A stretch of DNA of 64,000 nt from a bacterium. Its GTDB lineage: Bacteria > Zhuqueibacterota > Zhuqueibacteria > Residuimicrobiales > Krinioviventaceae. A program made the position numbers and the translations under genes. The DNA is taken from the NCBI GenBank assembly GCA_963675755.2, contig CAXXMD010000003.1, positions 96,001 through 160,000 on the forward strand, given 5' to 3'. The notes beneath the pieces were generated by a model. It was given only the letters and a program-made list of their open reading frames with translations, ran no database searches and was not told the origin of the DNA. Shown one piece after another: positions 36,558-48,271 of this stretch. The stretch's first letter is position 1. Each line of letters begins with the position of its first letter.

Positions 36558-36575
36558 CAAAAACTATAAACTTAA

Positions 36576-37580
<1,005 letters not shown>

Positions 37581-37591
37581 TAGAGGTTATT

Positions 37592-39133
37592 ATGGATAAA
37601 AATCGCGTAGTGGTATTCGACACAACCTTGCGCGATGGTGAACAATCACCGGGTGCAAGTTTGGATGTACCCGACAAGGTAGCCATTGCACATCAATTAG
37701 CACGTTTAAAAGTAGATGTAATCGAGGCGGGTTTCCCTGTATCATCGGAAGCCCAGTTTAATGCGGTGAAATTGATTGCTCATGAAGTAAAAGGACCGGT
37801 AATTGCGGCTCTTGCCCGATGTGTCGATCTGGATCTGGATAAAGCGGGCGAAGCCTTGAAAGGAGCAGAAAAACCGCGTATTCATACGTTTGTTGCAACT
37901 TCAAAAATACATTTGGAAAAGAAATTCCGTAAATCCGAAGACGAAATTCTGGAAATGGCTGTTGCCGGAGTAAAACGGGCAAGAAAATACTGCGATGACG
38001 TAGAGTTCTCTCCCGAAGATTCTGCACGTACCGGTAAAGAATTCCTGTTTCGCATTGTTGAAGCAGCTATCAATGCCGGTGCTACAACCATCAACATTCC
38101 GGATACGGTGGGATATTCGAATCCCGAAGAATTCGGTAATTTGATCAATCAGATCATGAACACGGTACCCAATGTAGACAAGGCTATTATCAGCGTTCAC
38201 TGCCACAACGACTTGGGTTTGGCAGTTGCCAATACCCTGGCAGGTGTTCGTAATGGCGCACGTCAAATTGAAGTAACAGTAAACGGTATTGGTGAACGCG
38301 CGGGCAATGCTTCTCTCGAAGAAGTAGTTATGGCATTAAAAACCCGTCATAACTATTATAATATCAATACCAACATAAACAGTCAAGAGATCATTAACAC
38401 CAGTCGTATGGTTAGTAACCTGACAGGTATTATGGTACAGCCCAACAAGGCAATTGTAGGTGCAAACGCGTTTGCTCACGAATCCGGCATTCATCAGGAT
38501 GCCATGATCAAAGATGCCAGCACCTACGAGATCATGACTCCCCACGAAATCGGTCTTGATGCAAGTAAAATTGTATTGGGTCGTCATTCCGGTCGTCATG
38601 GTTTGAAACAGCGTTTGATAGAACTGGGTTATCATCTGAACCCGGAAGAACTGAACCATGTTTATGAAAGATTTCTTGAAATTGCTGATAAAAAGAAGGA
38701 AGTCTTTGACGAAGATCTCATTGCACTGGTTGGTGATGAATCTCAGGATTATGAAGATGCTTATCATCTCGACTATTTTCATATACTGAGTGGCAACAAG
38801 GCTATTCCCACAGCTACTGTTGGATTGAAACACAAAGATGAAATAATTCAGGATGCTTCCGTTGGTGATGGCCCCATTGACGCAGCTTATAAAGCTATAG
38901 ACAAGATAGTAAACGTTCCCCTGAAACTGGCAGAATATTCTTTACGCGGTGTAACCGGTGGTAAAGAAGCAATGGGTGAAGTGGTTGTACGTGTAATCCA
39001 GGACGGGAAAAAATTTCTGGGTCGCGGTGCCAGCACGGATGTCATTGAAGCAAGTATCAGGGCCTATCTTAATGCTGTGAACAAAAGCATGCATATGCAT
39101 TCAAAAACCACGGAAGAAAAAGCAGAATTATAG
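37592..39133 (+). CDS. leuA: 2-isopropylmalate synthase
   Basis: [33 protein letters not shown]; C-terminal regulatory domain. Confidence 0.96.
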   Translation: MDKNRVVVFDTTLRDGEQSPGASLDVPDKVAIAHQLARLKVDVIEAGFPVSSEAQFNAVKLIAHEVKGPVIAALARCVDLDLDKAGEALKGAEKPRIHTFVATSKIHLEKKFRKSEDEILEMAVAGVKRARKYCDDVEFSPEDSARTGKEFLFRIVEAAINAGATTINIPDTVGYSNPEEFGNLINQIMNTVPNVDKAIISVHCHNDLGLAVANTLAGVRNGARQIEVTVNGIGERAGNASLEEVVMALKTRHNYYNINTNINSQEIINTSRMVSNLTGIMVQPNKAIVGANAFAHESGIHQDAMIKDASTYEIMTPHEIGLDASKIVLGRHSGRHGLKQRLIELGYHLNPEELNHVYERFLEIADKKKEVFDEDLIALVGDESQDYEDAYHLDYFHILSGNKAIPTATVGLKHKDEIIQDASVGDGPIDAAYKAIDKIVNVPLKLAEYSLRGVTGGKEAMGEVVVRVIQDGKKFLGRGASTDVIEASIRAYLNAVNKSMHMHSKTTEEKAEL

Positions 39134-39141
39134 GACATACA

Positions 39142-40230
39142 ATGAAAAAAGACAACTATACAATAGCAGTCCTGCCGGGAGATGGTATTGGCCCCGAAGT
39201 AGTGGCAGAGGCTGTCAAAGTTCTGGAAACCATCGCAACAACCAGTAATTTTACCATTACTGCAAATTATGCCGATGTAGGTGGTGTTGCCATCGATAAA
39301 TATGACAATCCCCTGCCAGAAGAAACACTGAACACATGTAAACAAGCAGATGCTGTTTTGCTGGGCGCTATTGGTGCGCCCCAATACGACAATCTGCCCT
39401 CAGATAAACGTCCCGAACGCGGCCTGTTGGGTCTGCGCGCAGGTCTGGGCCTTTATGCAAATCTACGTCCGGCCAAGGTTTATCCCAGTCTTGTAGATGC
39501 ATCAAGCCTGAAACCCGAGCTGGTTTCAGGTATTGACATTCTCATTGTAAGGGAATTAACCGGTGGTATTTATTTCGGCCAACCACGCGGATTCGACGAT
39601 AAAGACAATGGCCGTGGATTCAATACCATGGTTTACACAAAACACGAAGTTGAGCGTATTGCCAAAATCGCTTTTGACGCGGCACAAAAACGTGGTAAAA
39701 AAGTAATGTCTGTTGACAAGGCAAACGTGCTTGAAGTATCACAGTTCTGGCGGGAACAGGTTATCAACACAGCCAAATCGTATCCCGATGTTGAACTTGA
39801 TCACATGTATGTTGACAATTGCGCAATGCAGCTTGTGCGCTGGCCCAAACAATTTGATGTTATTGTTACAGGAAATCTGTTTGGAGATATTCTCAGCGAC
39901 GAAGCATCCATGCTAACAGGGTCACTGGGCATGCTTCCTTCTGCCAGTATGGGTGATGGAACAGCAATGTATGAACCTGTGCACGGTTCAGCACCTGATA
40001 TTGCAGGAAAAAGCATCGCGAATCCCATTGCAACCATAGCATCAGTAGCCATGATGTTACGCCATTCAATGGATCGCGCTGCAGAAGCAGATGCGCTGGA
40101 AAAGGCCATCGATGAAATTCTTAAAGATGGCTACCGCACCAAAGATATTGCCCTTGAAGGTGAAGACACGATCTCTACCACAGAAATGGGAAATCTGGTT
40201 GCGGAAAAGGTAAAATCTTTGCTAAATTAA
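39142..40230 (+). CDS. leuB: 3-isopropylmalate dehydrogenase
   Basis: [44 protein letters not shown]. Confidence 0.97.
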   Translation: MKKDNYTIAVLPGDGIGPEVVAEAVKVLETIATTSNFTITANYADVGGVAIDKYDNPLPEETLNTCKQADAVLLGAIGAPQYDNLPSDKRPERGLLGLRAGLGLYANLRPAKVYPSLVDASSLKPELVSGIDILIVRELTGGIYFGQPRGFDDKDNGRGFNTMVYTKHEVERIAKIAFDAAQKRGKKVMSVDKANVLEVSQFWREQVINTAKSYPDVELDHMYVDNCAMQLVRWPKQFDVIVTGNLFGDILSDEASMLTGSLGMLPSASMGDGTAMYEPVHGSAPDIAGKSIANPIATIASVAMMLRHSMDRAAEADALEKAIDEILKDGYRTKDIALEGEDTISTTEMGNLVAEKVKSLLN

Positions 40231-40255
40231 CAAATATGAATAATGGAGGCATCAT

Positions 40256-41854
40256 ATGCCGGAACAACTGATTATATATGATACAACACTACGTGATGGT
40301 TCACAAAGTGAAGGAATCTCGTTCTCGGCACTGGACAAGATCATGATCGCCCAACGTCTTGATGACTTTGGCGTAAATTATATTGAAGGGGGTTGGCCAG
40401 GCTCTAACCCCAAAGATATGGAATTCTTTACCCGTGCCGTTGATGTTGAATGGAAAAATGCTAAAATTGCGGCATTCGGCAGTACCCGACGTGTGAAATC
40501 CAAAGTGTGGGAAGACGCCAATATAAAATTACTGCTGGAAGCCAAAACACCGGTAGTAACCATTTTTGGCAAAACCTGGGACCTGCATGTAACCGAAGGG
40601 TTACGTACTACTTTGGATATTAACCTTGAATTAATTCGGGATTCTATTGCCTATTTAAAAGATCAGGGTAAAGAGGTGGTATATGATGCTGAACATTTTT
40701 TCGACGGATACAAAGACAATCCCGAATACGCGCTAAAAACGCTCGAGGTTGCCAAAGATGCTGGTGCGGACTGCCTGGTGTTGTGTGACACCAATGGCGG
40801 TACCCTGCCCAGCGAAGTAAAATCCATTATCGACGCGGTTTATGCAACCAATCTAAACATTCCTCTCGGAATGCATGCGCATAACGACGGTGATGTTGCT
40901 GTTGCAAACAGCATTGTTGCGCTGGAAAACAAGATAATGCACATTCAGGGCACAATGAATGGCTATGGTGAACGCTGCGGAAACGCCAATTTGTGCACCA
41001 TCATTGCAAATGCCGCGTTAAAAATGAACATAGGAACATCAGAAAAACTCAAACTCAATGAACTGACACAATTATCACGCTATGTCAGCGAAATGGCCAA
41101 TCTCCCCCATCGTGAAGAGATGGCTTTTGTAGGTAACAGTGCTTTTGCTCACAAAGGCGGCATCCATGTTAGCGCGATACGACGTAATCGTCGTACGTAC
41201 GAACATATCGATCCGGCAACCATTGGAAACCGTCAGCGAGTGCTCATTTCTGACCAATCCGGTCAAAGTAATATTCTGCAAAAAGCGGAAGAAATGGGCC
41301 TTGACCTGACAAGCAATAAAGAAGCAGTACATGACATTGTCAATCGCCTCAAAGATATGGAGCATCTCGGCTATCAGTATGAAGGTGCAGACGGCTCTTT
41401 TGAGATTTTGATTAACAAATCAACCGGCGAGCACAAGGAATTCTTTGACCTTGAAAGTGCACGTGTGATTATTGACAAGCACGAAAAACTCGGCAAACTT
41501 TACTCAGAAGCCATGGTAAAAATGAGAGTTGGCGGTAAAGTTGAACATACCGCAGCCGAAGGCAATGGTCCGATTGATGCATTAGACAATGCCATGCGTA
41601 AAGCATTGGAACCTTTTTATCCATCACTGAAAAAGATAAAATTAATAGATTACAAGGTGCGTGTATTAAACAGCACCCAGGGAACAGCAGCCAAAGTCCG
41701 TGTATATATTGAATCGCAGGCTGATGATATGATCTGGGGAACCGTAGGTGTTTCTGAAAATATCATCGAGGCAAGCTGGCAGGCGCTGGTTGACCGCATC
41801 AACTATATGCTGTTAAAGCTGGAAAAGAACAATCTAAATGGTGCAGCAGACTGA
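40256..41854 (+). CDS. cimA: Citramalate synthase
   Basis: YDTTLRDGSQSEG, IEGGWPGSNPKD, YDAEHFFDGY, GERCGNAN, AHKGGIH. Confidence 0.9.
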   Translation: MPEQLIIYDTTLRDGSQSEGISFSALDKIMIAQRLDDFGVNYIEGGWPGSNPKDMEFFTRAVDVEWKNAKIAAFGSTRRVKSKVWEDANIKLLLEAKTPVVTIFGKTWDLHVTEGLRTTLDINLELIRDSIAYLKDQGKEVVYDAEHFFDGYKDNPEYALKTLEVAKDAGADCLVLCDTNGGTLPSEVKSIIDAVYATNLNIPLGMHAHNDGDVAVANSIVALENKIMHIQGTMNGYGERCGNANLCTIIANAALKMNIGTSEKLKLNELTQLSRYVSEMANLPHREEMAFVGNSAFAHKGGIHVSAIRRNRRTYEHIDPATIGNRQRVLISDQSGQSNILQKAEEMGLDLTSNKEAVHDIVNRLKDMEHLGYQYEGADGSFEILINKSTGEHKEFFDLESARVIIDKHEKLGKLYSEAMVKMRVGGKVEHTAAEGNGPIDALDNAMRKALEPFYPSLKKIKLIDYKVRVLNSTQGTAAKVRVYIESQADDMIWGTVGVSENIIEASWQALVDRINYMLLKLEKNNLNGAAD

Positions 41855-43071
41855 TGCAAACAAAAAAAATAAAAATTGAAAAAGGATCCATTACCACACC
41901 CAAAGGCTTTCGAGCTGCAGGTGTTCATGCGCGTATTAAACAAAAAGGCCCGGATCTGGCACTTATCATGAGCGATACCCCCGCAACACTTGGGGCCATG
42001 TTTACAACCAATAAAGTTCCGGCACATTGTATCAATATCGATCGTGCCAAAGCTGTCTCGGGTCAGGGACAGGTTTTAGTCATTAACAGCGGCAATGCCA
42101 ACGCCTGTACCGGTGAGCAGGGCCGGCTTGATGCGGAAGAAATGATAGATCGTACCGCCAAAGGTACCAGTACTGATCCCGATCTGGTTTACGTTGCCAA
42201 TACGGGTATCATTGGCGAAAAGCTTCCCATGGATTTGCTGCGCAAAGGAATTGACAAAGCATGCTGTAGTCTTACTGACGACACAGGCGGAGTAGACGCG
42301 GCATGGGCCATTATGACAACAGATACCTATCCCAAACATTTATCTGTCACGTTTAAATTGGATGAAAAGCCCGTTACCATTGGCGTCATTGCCAAAGGCA
42401 GCGGAATGATTAATCCCAATATGGCAACCATGATCTGTGTATTCACAACAGACGCTGCAATCACCCCTGAAATGCTGCAACAGGCATTAAAAGAAACGGT
42501 TGATGTTTCACTAAACATGCTGACCGTAGATGGTGAAATGAGCACCAATGACAGTGTCTTTATATTGGCCAACGGTGCGGCCGAAAACCCCGTCATATCC
42601 GAAAAAGATAAAAATTACCAAATATTTCAAAAAGCACTCGAAGCCCTGGGCATAGAGATCACCAAACTAATCGCACTGGATGGTGAAGGTGCAACCAAAC
42701 TTGTTATTGTAACCGTTGATGGTGCAAGAACGTATGAAGATGCGGTCAAGGCATCCAACTCTATTGCCAACTCGAACCTTGTTAAAACTGCAATCTTTGG
42801 CAGAGATCCCAACTGGGGCCGTGTAGTACAGGCCATTGGAGCCAGCGGTGCAGAAGTGGATCTTGATTCGTTCAGCATCCAGTTTGCGGGTATTTCAGTA
42901 GCTGAAAACGGGGGCTCGATTGATTACGATTCCCTTGAAATGCACGTTGCCCTGCAGAAAAAAGAGGTGCACATTCACGCTGATCTGGGAGTAGGTAAAG
43001 AAAGCGCTACCGTTTATACCTGCGACCTCACTCATGACTATATCAGTATTAACGCGGAATATCACACATAG
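41854..43071 (+). CDS. argJ: Ornithine acetyltransferase / N-acetylglutamate synthase
   Basis: NSGNANACTG, AKGSGMINPNMATM (autocleavage), STND, DGEGATK, DPNWGR, CDLT. Confidence 0.95.
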   Translation: MQTKKIKIEKGSITTPKGFRAAGVHARIKQKGPDLALIMSDTPATLGAMFTTNKVPAHCINIDRAKAVSGQGQVLVINSGNANACTGEQGRLDAEEMIDRTAKGTSTDPDLVYVANTGIIGEKLPMDLLRKGIDKACCSLTDDTGGVDAAWAIMTTDTYPKHLSVTFKLDEKPVTIGVIAKGSGMINPNMATMICVFTTDAAITPEMLQQALKETVDVSLNMLTVDGEMSTNDSVFILANGAAENPVISEKDKNYQIFQKALEALGIEITKLIALDGEGATKLVIVTVDGARTYEDAVKASNSIANSNLVKTAIFGRDPNWGRVVQAIGASGAEVDLDSFSIQFAGISVAENGGSIDYDSLEMHVALQKKEVHIHADLGVGKESATVYTCDLTHDYISINAEYHT

Positions 43072-43081
43072 GAGAATCATT

Positions 43082-43927
43082 GTGCTGTTTAGCAGAAAGA
43101 TAGCATTTATTGGCGCCGGTAATATGGGCGAAGCGCTCCTGGGTGGATTGTTAAAATCCAACCTGACCAACCCGGAAAACATTATTGCAACCGATGTATT
43201 GCAGGAACGACTGGACATTATTTCAGAAAAATGGCAGGTTGAAACAACCACAGACAACCTTAAAGCAATCGACTTTGCGGATGTTATTGTATTGTGTGTC
43301 AAGCCACAAACCATTGCGGATGTTTTAACAAATATCAAAGCAAACGTACGCTCAGAACAACTTATTATCTCTATTGTTGCCGGTATTACCACCAAAACTA
43401 TAGACTATTTTATCAACAAAAACAATCCGGTTGTACGCGCCATGCCCAACATCCCCGCTGTTGTGGATGAAGGTGCGGCAGGTATCTGCATGGGTGAACA
43501 TACCCAGGCTATTCATAAGGAAATAGCTCTGGCTATACTGGGTTCCGTGGGTACGGTTGAAATTGTTACCGAAGCACAAATGGATGTTGTTACCGGTTTG
43601 AGCGGCAGCGGTCCCGCTTATATCTATATGGTTATAGAAGCATTGACTGACGGCGGTGTAATGATGGGGCTGCCCCGCAACGTGGCCACCAAACTTGCCA
43701 CACAAACCGTTCTGGGCTCGGCCAAACTGGTTAAAGAAACCAACATTCACCCGGCAATTCTCAGAGACCAGGTTACTACTCCGGGTGGCACAACCATCAA
43801 AGCCATTCAGGGGCTGGAAGAAAACGGACTTCGCCCTATGCTGATCAAAGCGGTAGAGATTGCTTCTCTACGTTCTCAAGAATTATCGCATTTCCTGGAA
43901 ATGCAAAACACAAACAAGAAAAAATAA
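43082..43927 (+). CDS. proC: Pyrroline-5-carboxylate reductase
   Basis: GTG start after AGGAG; FIGAGNMG, RAMPN, GLSGSGPAY, VTTPGGTT. Confidence 0.95.
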   Translation: MLFSRKIAFIGAGNMGEALLGGLLKSNLTNPENIIATDVLQERLDIISEKWQVETTTDNLKAIDFADVIVLCVKPQTIADVLTNIKANVRSEQLIISIVAGITTKTIDYFINKNNPVVRAMPNIPAVVDEGAAGICMGEHTQAIHKEIALAILGSVGTVEIVTEAQMDVVTGLSGSGPAYIYMVIEALTDGGVMMGLPRNVATKLATQTVLGSAKLVKETNIHPAILRDQVTTPGGTTIKAIQGLEENGLRPMLIKAVEIASLRSQELSHFLEMQNTNKKK

Positions 43928-43928
43928 C

Positions 43929-44951
43929 ATGAAAAAGACTATTGGAATTGTGGGTGCCACCGGTTATACCGGTGAAGAACTGCTCAAAAATTTAACAAAC
44001 CATCCTGATGTAACAGTGGACTTTGTGACCTCTGAAAAGGAATCCGGTCACCCCCTGTCAGATATCTTTCCTCATTTGCCTTTTTACAAAGATCTGACAT
44101 TTATTTCGGCTGAAGCTGCAACAAAAAAGCAGGTAGACTTGGTATTCCTTTGTCTTCCTGCCGGAGAATCTGTTAAACTAGCCCCGGATTTTTTAACACA
44201 AAACACAAAGGTGATTGATCTGGGTGCTGATTTTAGATTCAACAATGCTCAAGATTATGAAACCTGGTACCATATACAGCACAGCGCGCCGGTGTTACTG
44301 AACAAAGCGGCATACGGACTGCCAGAATGGTTCCGCGATCAAATTGCAGATGCTAAAATCGTTGGTAATCCCGGCTGCTATCCAACCACAGTATTAACAG
44401 CGGTACTCCCCTTGTTAAAAGAACATATACTGGCAGAAGGACCCATTATTGTAGATTCAAAAAGCGGAGTTTCAGGAGCCGGAAAATCTCCAAACAAAAC
44501 CACGCATTATGTACAGGTTAATGAAAATTTTACTGCCTACAAAGTCGGTCGAGTGCACAGGCATGTGGGTGAAATGGAGCACATTCTCAGTAGAACAGCC
44601 AAACATCCGGTGCAGGTGATCTTTACGCCGCACCTCACACCGCTTACACGTGGCATGTTTTCTACTATTTATGTAAATACATATTCAAAGCGTGAAACCC
44701 AGGATATTCTGGATATTTACGAACAATACTACAGTAACGAACCCTTTGTTCATGTACTACCGGGTATCCCGGATATTAAAATGGCCGCCAATACCAATTA
44801 TTGTTTTCTAGGTGCCCAATCTGTGCCCGAAACCCACACAGTCATTTTGTATTCTGCAATTGACAATCTTGGCAAAGGCGCAAGCACGCAGGCAATACAA
44901 AACATGAACCTGATGCTGGACATCCCCGAAACCACAGGACTGATACGATGA
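43929..44951 (+). CDS. argC: N-acetyl-gamma-glutamyl-phosphate reductase
   Basis: GATGYTG, GNPGCYPT, KSGVSGAG, IDNLGKGA. Confidence 0.96.
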   Translation: MKKTIGIVGATGYTGEELLKNLTNHPDVTVDFVTSEKESGHPLSDIFPHLPFYKDLTFISAEAATKKQVDLVFLCLPAGESVKLAPDFLTQNTKVIDLGADFRFNNAQDYETWYHIQHSAPVLLNKAAYGLPEWFRDQIADAKIVGNPGCYPTTVLTAVLPLLKEHILAEGPIIVDSKSGVSGAGKSPNKTTHYVQVNENFTAYKVGRVHRHVGEMEHILSRTAKHPVQVIFTPHLTPLTRGMFSTIYVNTYSKRETQDILDIYEQYYSNEPFVHVLPGIPDIKMAANTNYCFLGAQSVPETHTVILYSAIDNLGKGASTQAIQNMNLMLDIPETTGLIR

Positions 44952-45721
44952 AGCGCATATTATTAAAACTGGGCGGTCGTTCTTTTGAATCGCAGGAGGC
45001 ATTTACAGAACTGGCACAGGCAATACAAGCTGTTGATGCGCAGGTAATCATTGTACATGGCGGTGGTTCCGAAATCTCTCAGGCGCTCAAAGATGCGAAT
45101 CGGGAAACCCGTTTCATAGATGGTATTCGCGTAACCGAAAAAAAAGATATTGAAATTGTAGACAATGTGCTGTCAAATGTTATCAACTCCCGGATCTCTG
45201 ACTATCTTGAACAAGCCGGGGTAAAATGTACAGGCATGGCAGGCAAAACCAACGGTACATTGATTGCTGAACCCATACGTCGTCAGGATTATGATTACGG
45301 TTTTGTGGGCCAGATCAAAGAAGTGAATCCCGGTTATGTCTGGCAGCAATTACAAAACAACATGGTGCCGGTAGTCTCCCCCATTTCTGCGGATGAAGCG
45401 GGAAATAGCTATAATGTAAACGCAGATAGTGCCGCGGCAGCCCTTGCTGTAGGCTCGCAATGCACGGATTTGATCTATTTTTCAGATGTACCCGGAGTCA
45501 AGGCAAATGATGAAATTCTTCCATCACTTACCGCAGAACAGACGCAGGAGCTCATTGCTGAAGGGATCATCAAAGACGGCATGGTTGCTAAAATGGAGTC
45601 TGCTTTTTACGCGCTCAACGGAAATGTAGAGCGTGTGCACATTACCTGCTGGCAGGGCCCCAATACCTTGGCACAAATACTTGACCAATCCCATGCGTTT
45701 GGTACAACCATACATATTTAG
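44948..45721 (+). CDS. argB: Acetylglutamate kinase
   Basis: LKLGG, VHGGG, GIRVT, NVNADSAA, SDVPGV, GMVAK. Confidence 0.93.
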   Translation: MKRILLKLGGRSFESQEAFTELAQAIQAVDAQVIIVHGGGSEISQALKDANRETRFIDGIRVTEKKDIEIVDNVLSNVINSRISDYLEQAGVKCTGMAGKTNGTLIAEPIRRQDYDYGFVGQIKEVNPGYVWQQLQNNMVPVVSPISADEAGNSYNVNADSAAAALAVGSQCTDLIYFSDVPGVKANDEILPSLTAEQTQELIAEGIIKDGMVAKMESAFYALNGNVERVHITCWQGPNTLAQILDQSHAFGTTIHI

Positions 45722-45728
45722 GATAAAG

Positions 45729-46925
45729 ATGAACACTAGAGAACTCATAGCAGCAGAAAAACAAACCATTCTGGGTACGTATACCCGTCCCGAATTTGTG
45801 ATCACTCACGGTAAAGATGTCTATCTTTACGATGCAGAAGGTCGTGAATATCTCGATTTTGTATCCGGAATAGCTGTTAACGCTTTCGGATATAGTGATA
45901 CAGACGCTAAAAACGCACTAACTGAACAGTCAGAAAAACTCTGGCACTGTTCTAATCTTTACTATACCGAACCCCAGGTAAAACTGGCACAATTTCTTGT
46001 AAAACATACATTTGCAGACAAATTATTCTTTTGCAACAGCGGTACCGAAGCCATGGAAGCTGCAATTAAATTTGCTAGAAAATGGGCTTCTTTGACAAAA
46101 GGATCGGACAACTATCAAATTCTTGCATTTAACCGTTCGTTTCATGGACGGACCTATGGCGGTCTCTCTGCAACCGGGCAACCCAAATTCTGGGAACACT
46201 TTGGGCCCATGCTTGAAGGATTCGACTTTGCAGAATTTAATGATATTGAATCTGTAAAAATTAAAATAACCGATAAAACCTGTGCTGTCATTGTAGAACC
46301 TGTACAAGGCGAAGGTGGTATTTATCCCGCTGATGTTGAATTTTTAAAGCAACTGAGAACCTTGTGCGATGAGCACAATACCCTCCTCATTCTGGATGAG
46401 ATCCAATGCGGTTTCGGTAGAACCGGCCACTTTTGCGCCTATGAAGGTTATGGAATACTACCGGATATTTTAACAGCCGCAAAACCCATAGCCGGCGGAC
46501 TTCCTCTTGGTGCGGTATTGTTGACAGATAAAATTGCCGAACACATAAAACCGGGAGACCACGGTACAACTTTTGGCGGCGGCCCCATTGTTACCAGTGT
46601 AGCCTTGAACATTCTTGAACGTATTGCAGAACCCGCGTTTCTGGAATCAGTTAGAGATAAAGGCAGCTATTTGCAGGAACAGTTATCCGCACTGCAAACA
46701 GAGTATCCTGAACTGATAGCAGTTCGCTCCAAAGGACTCATGTTCGGTCTTGAGATTCAAGGCAGCCCCCAGGATCTGATCAAAGCATGCACAGAACAAG
46801 GATTACTTATTTGCAAAACCGGCGGTAATGCCGTACGTTTTTTACCTCCATTGATCATAACAAAAGAGCAGATCGATGAAGGCCTGAACAAATTCAAACT
46901 GGCTCTCGACAGTTTAAGAGGATAA
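45729..46925 (+). CDS. argD: Acetylornithine aminotransferase
   Basis: FFCNSGTEA, SFHGRT, EPVQGEGG, DEIQCGFGRTG, AAKPIAGG. Confidence 0.93.
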   Translation: MNTRELIAAEKQTILGTYTRPEFVITHGKDVYLYDAEGREYLDFVSGIAVNAFGYSDTDAKNALTEQSEKLWHCSNLYYTEPQVKLAQFLVKHTFADKLFFCNSGTEAMEAAIKFARKWASLTKGSDNYQILAFNRSFHGRTYGGLSATGQPKFWEHFGPMLEGFDFAEFNDIESVKIKITDKTCAVIVEPVQGEGGIYPADVEFLKQLRTLCDEHNTLLILDEIQCGFGRTGHFCAYEGYGILPDILTAAKPIAGGLPLGAVLLTDKIAEHIKPGDHGTTFGGGPIVTSVALNILERIAEPAFLESVRDKGSYLQEQLSALQTEYPELIAVRSKGLMFGLEIQGSPQDLIKACTEQGLLICKTGGNAVRFLPPLIITKEQIDEGLNKFKLALDSLRG

Positions 46926-46926
46926 A

Positions 46927-47388
46927 ATGGTAAGACAGGCAAAAATACATGATGTACCCGAGATTGTTACACTGATCAATAGTTACGCACAGCATGGCGT
47001 TATGCTGGGACGTTCACAAATACAAATTTATAACGCATTGCGGGATTTTGTTGTCATAGAAAACGATGGGCATATTCTGGGTGTTGGTTCATTATCCATT
47101 ATCTGGAAAGACCTTGCCGAAGTACGATCCCTTGCAATTGCTCAAGAGATGCATGGAAAAGGATTAGGCAAACAAATTGTAGAATATCTGGTTCAACAGG
47201 CACGAGAATTAGAACTTCCGCAGGTTTTTACACTTACCTATCAACCGGAATTCTTTAAAAAAGTGGGTTTCAGCTTGATTGATAAAAAAGAGTTGCCCCA
47301 TAAAGTGTGGAAAGACTGTATAAATTGCCCCAAATTCCCGGATTGTGATGAAATTGCACTTATCCGCTATCTCGATCAAGAGAATTAA
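46927..47388 (+). CDS. Short GNAT N-acetyltransferase, probable stand-alone N-acetylglutamate synthase (ArgA-like)
   Basis: AEVRSLA, GKGLG, FTLTYQPEFF, LPHKVWKDCINCPKFPDCDEIA; last gene of the arg cluster. Confidence 0.85.
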   Translation: MVRQAKIHDVPEIVTLINSYAQHGVMLGRSQIQIYNALRDFVVIENDGHILGVGSLSIIWKDLAEVRSLAIAQEMHGKGLGKQIVEYLVQQARELELPQVFTLTYQPEFFKKVGFSLIDKKELPHKVWKDCINCPKFPDCDEIALIRYLDQEN

Positions 47389-48271
47389 GCTTATCAATCA
47401 ACCAGGGATCATAATCAGAAAAAGATTCGGTCCCTGCGTTCACTATCCCCTCTTCAGTAATCAACCCCGTTAATAAATCCAAAGGTATTGTTTCAAAATA
47501 TCGATTTATAACATTGACAGGTTTGGGTTTTTCTCTCCAAACTTCTTTTTCCGGCTTTTTACTTTCCTCAGGAAGCAAATTCAAATCAGGCACCCTTTTC
47601 AAGCTGGACGCAAGTGCATACACCGGCTTGTCAAAATGTCTGCATAATAAACACAATGCCAATGTACCGGTCTTGTTGATAAAATACGAATGATCAAATG
47701 CATCCGCTCCAATAACAACACAATCCGCCTCTTGTACTGCTTCACCCATTGCCGCATCCGTATACAAAGACACGGGTATGGACAGCTGCGTCAATTGTTC
47801 AGCGGCAGTTCTGCCCTCATAAACCGGGCGGGATTCAGTTACAAGAACCTTTATAGATTTATCCATAGCGGCATGTTCAATGGCGTTCATCACGACACTA
47901 CTGCGGCTGTATGTTAATAGCGTATTATGAGGTTTTACCAGTTGTGTGAATCGTTCGGCAATAACTTGTTTTGCCTGAACAGATTGTTCAACAACATGGC
48001 CAATTTCCTGTACAATGATTGATTTTAAATGGGGTATATCAGATTTCAGCGAGGTTTTTATCAGCACCCGGTTGACCAGGTTTAAAAGAGGCGCCATACG
48101 CGGCTGGGCTTGAATCAAATCAAGCCCGGCCTTTTGTATAGCGTTAATAAATGTATCAAGAGGACATTCTATATTAAACTGATCGATCGTTTCGGTTAAA
48201 TACTGTGCTGATTTATTCAGCAATTCATCTGCACCTGAAACGTGATCATTTTGAATATCCGTCAAATTCAA
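47360..48271 (-). CDS. eIF-2B alpha/beta/delta-family protein
   Basis: HVSGA, QPRMA, VTESRPVYEG, IGADA, INKTGT, YFETIPLDL..LITEEG. Confidence 0.85.
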   Translation of the reverse strand: MNLTDIQNDHVSGADELLNKSAQYLTETIDQFNIECPLDTFINAIQKAGLDLIQAQPRMAPLLNLVNRVLIKTSLKSDIPHLKSIIVQEIGHVVEQSVQAKQVIAERFTQLVKPHNTLLTYSRSSVVMNAIEHAAMDKSIKVLVTESRPVYEGRTAAEQLTQLSIPVSLYTDAAMGEAVQEADCVVIGADAFDHSYFINKTGTLALCLLCRHFDKPVYALASSLKRVPDLNLLPEESKKPEKEVWREKPKPVNVINRYFETIPLDLLTGLITEEGIVNAGTESFSDYDPWLIDKLNSLDRDSG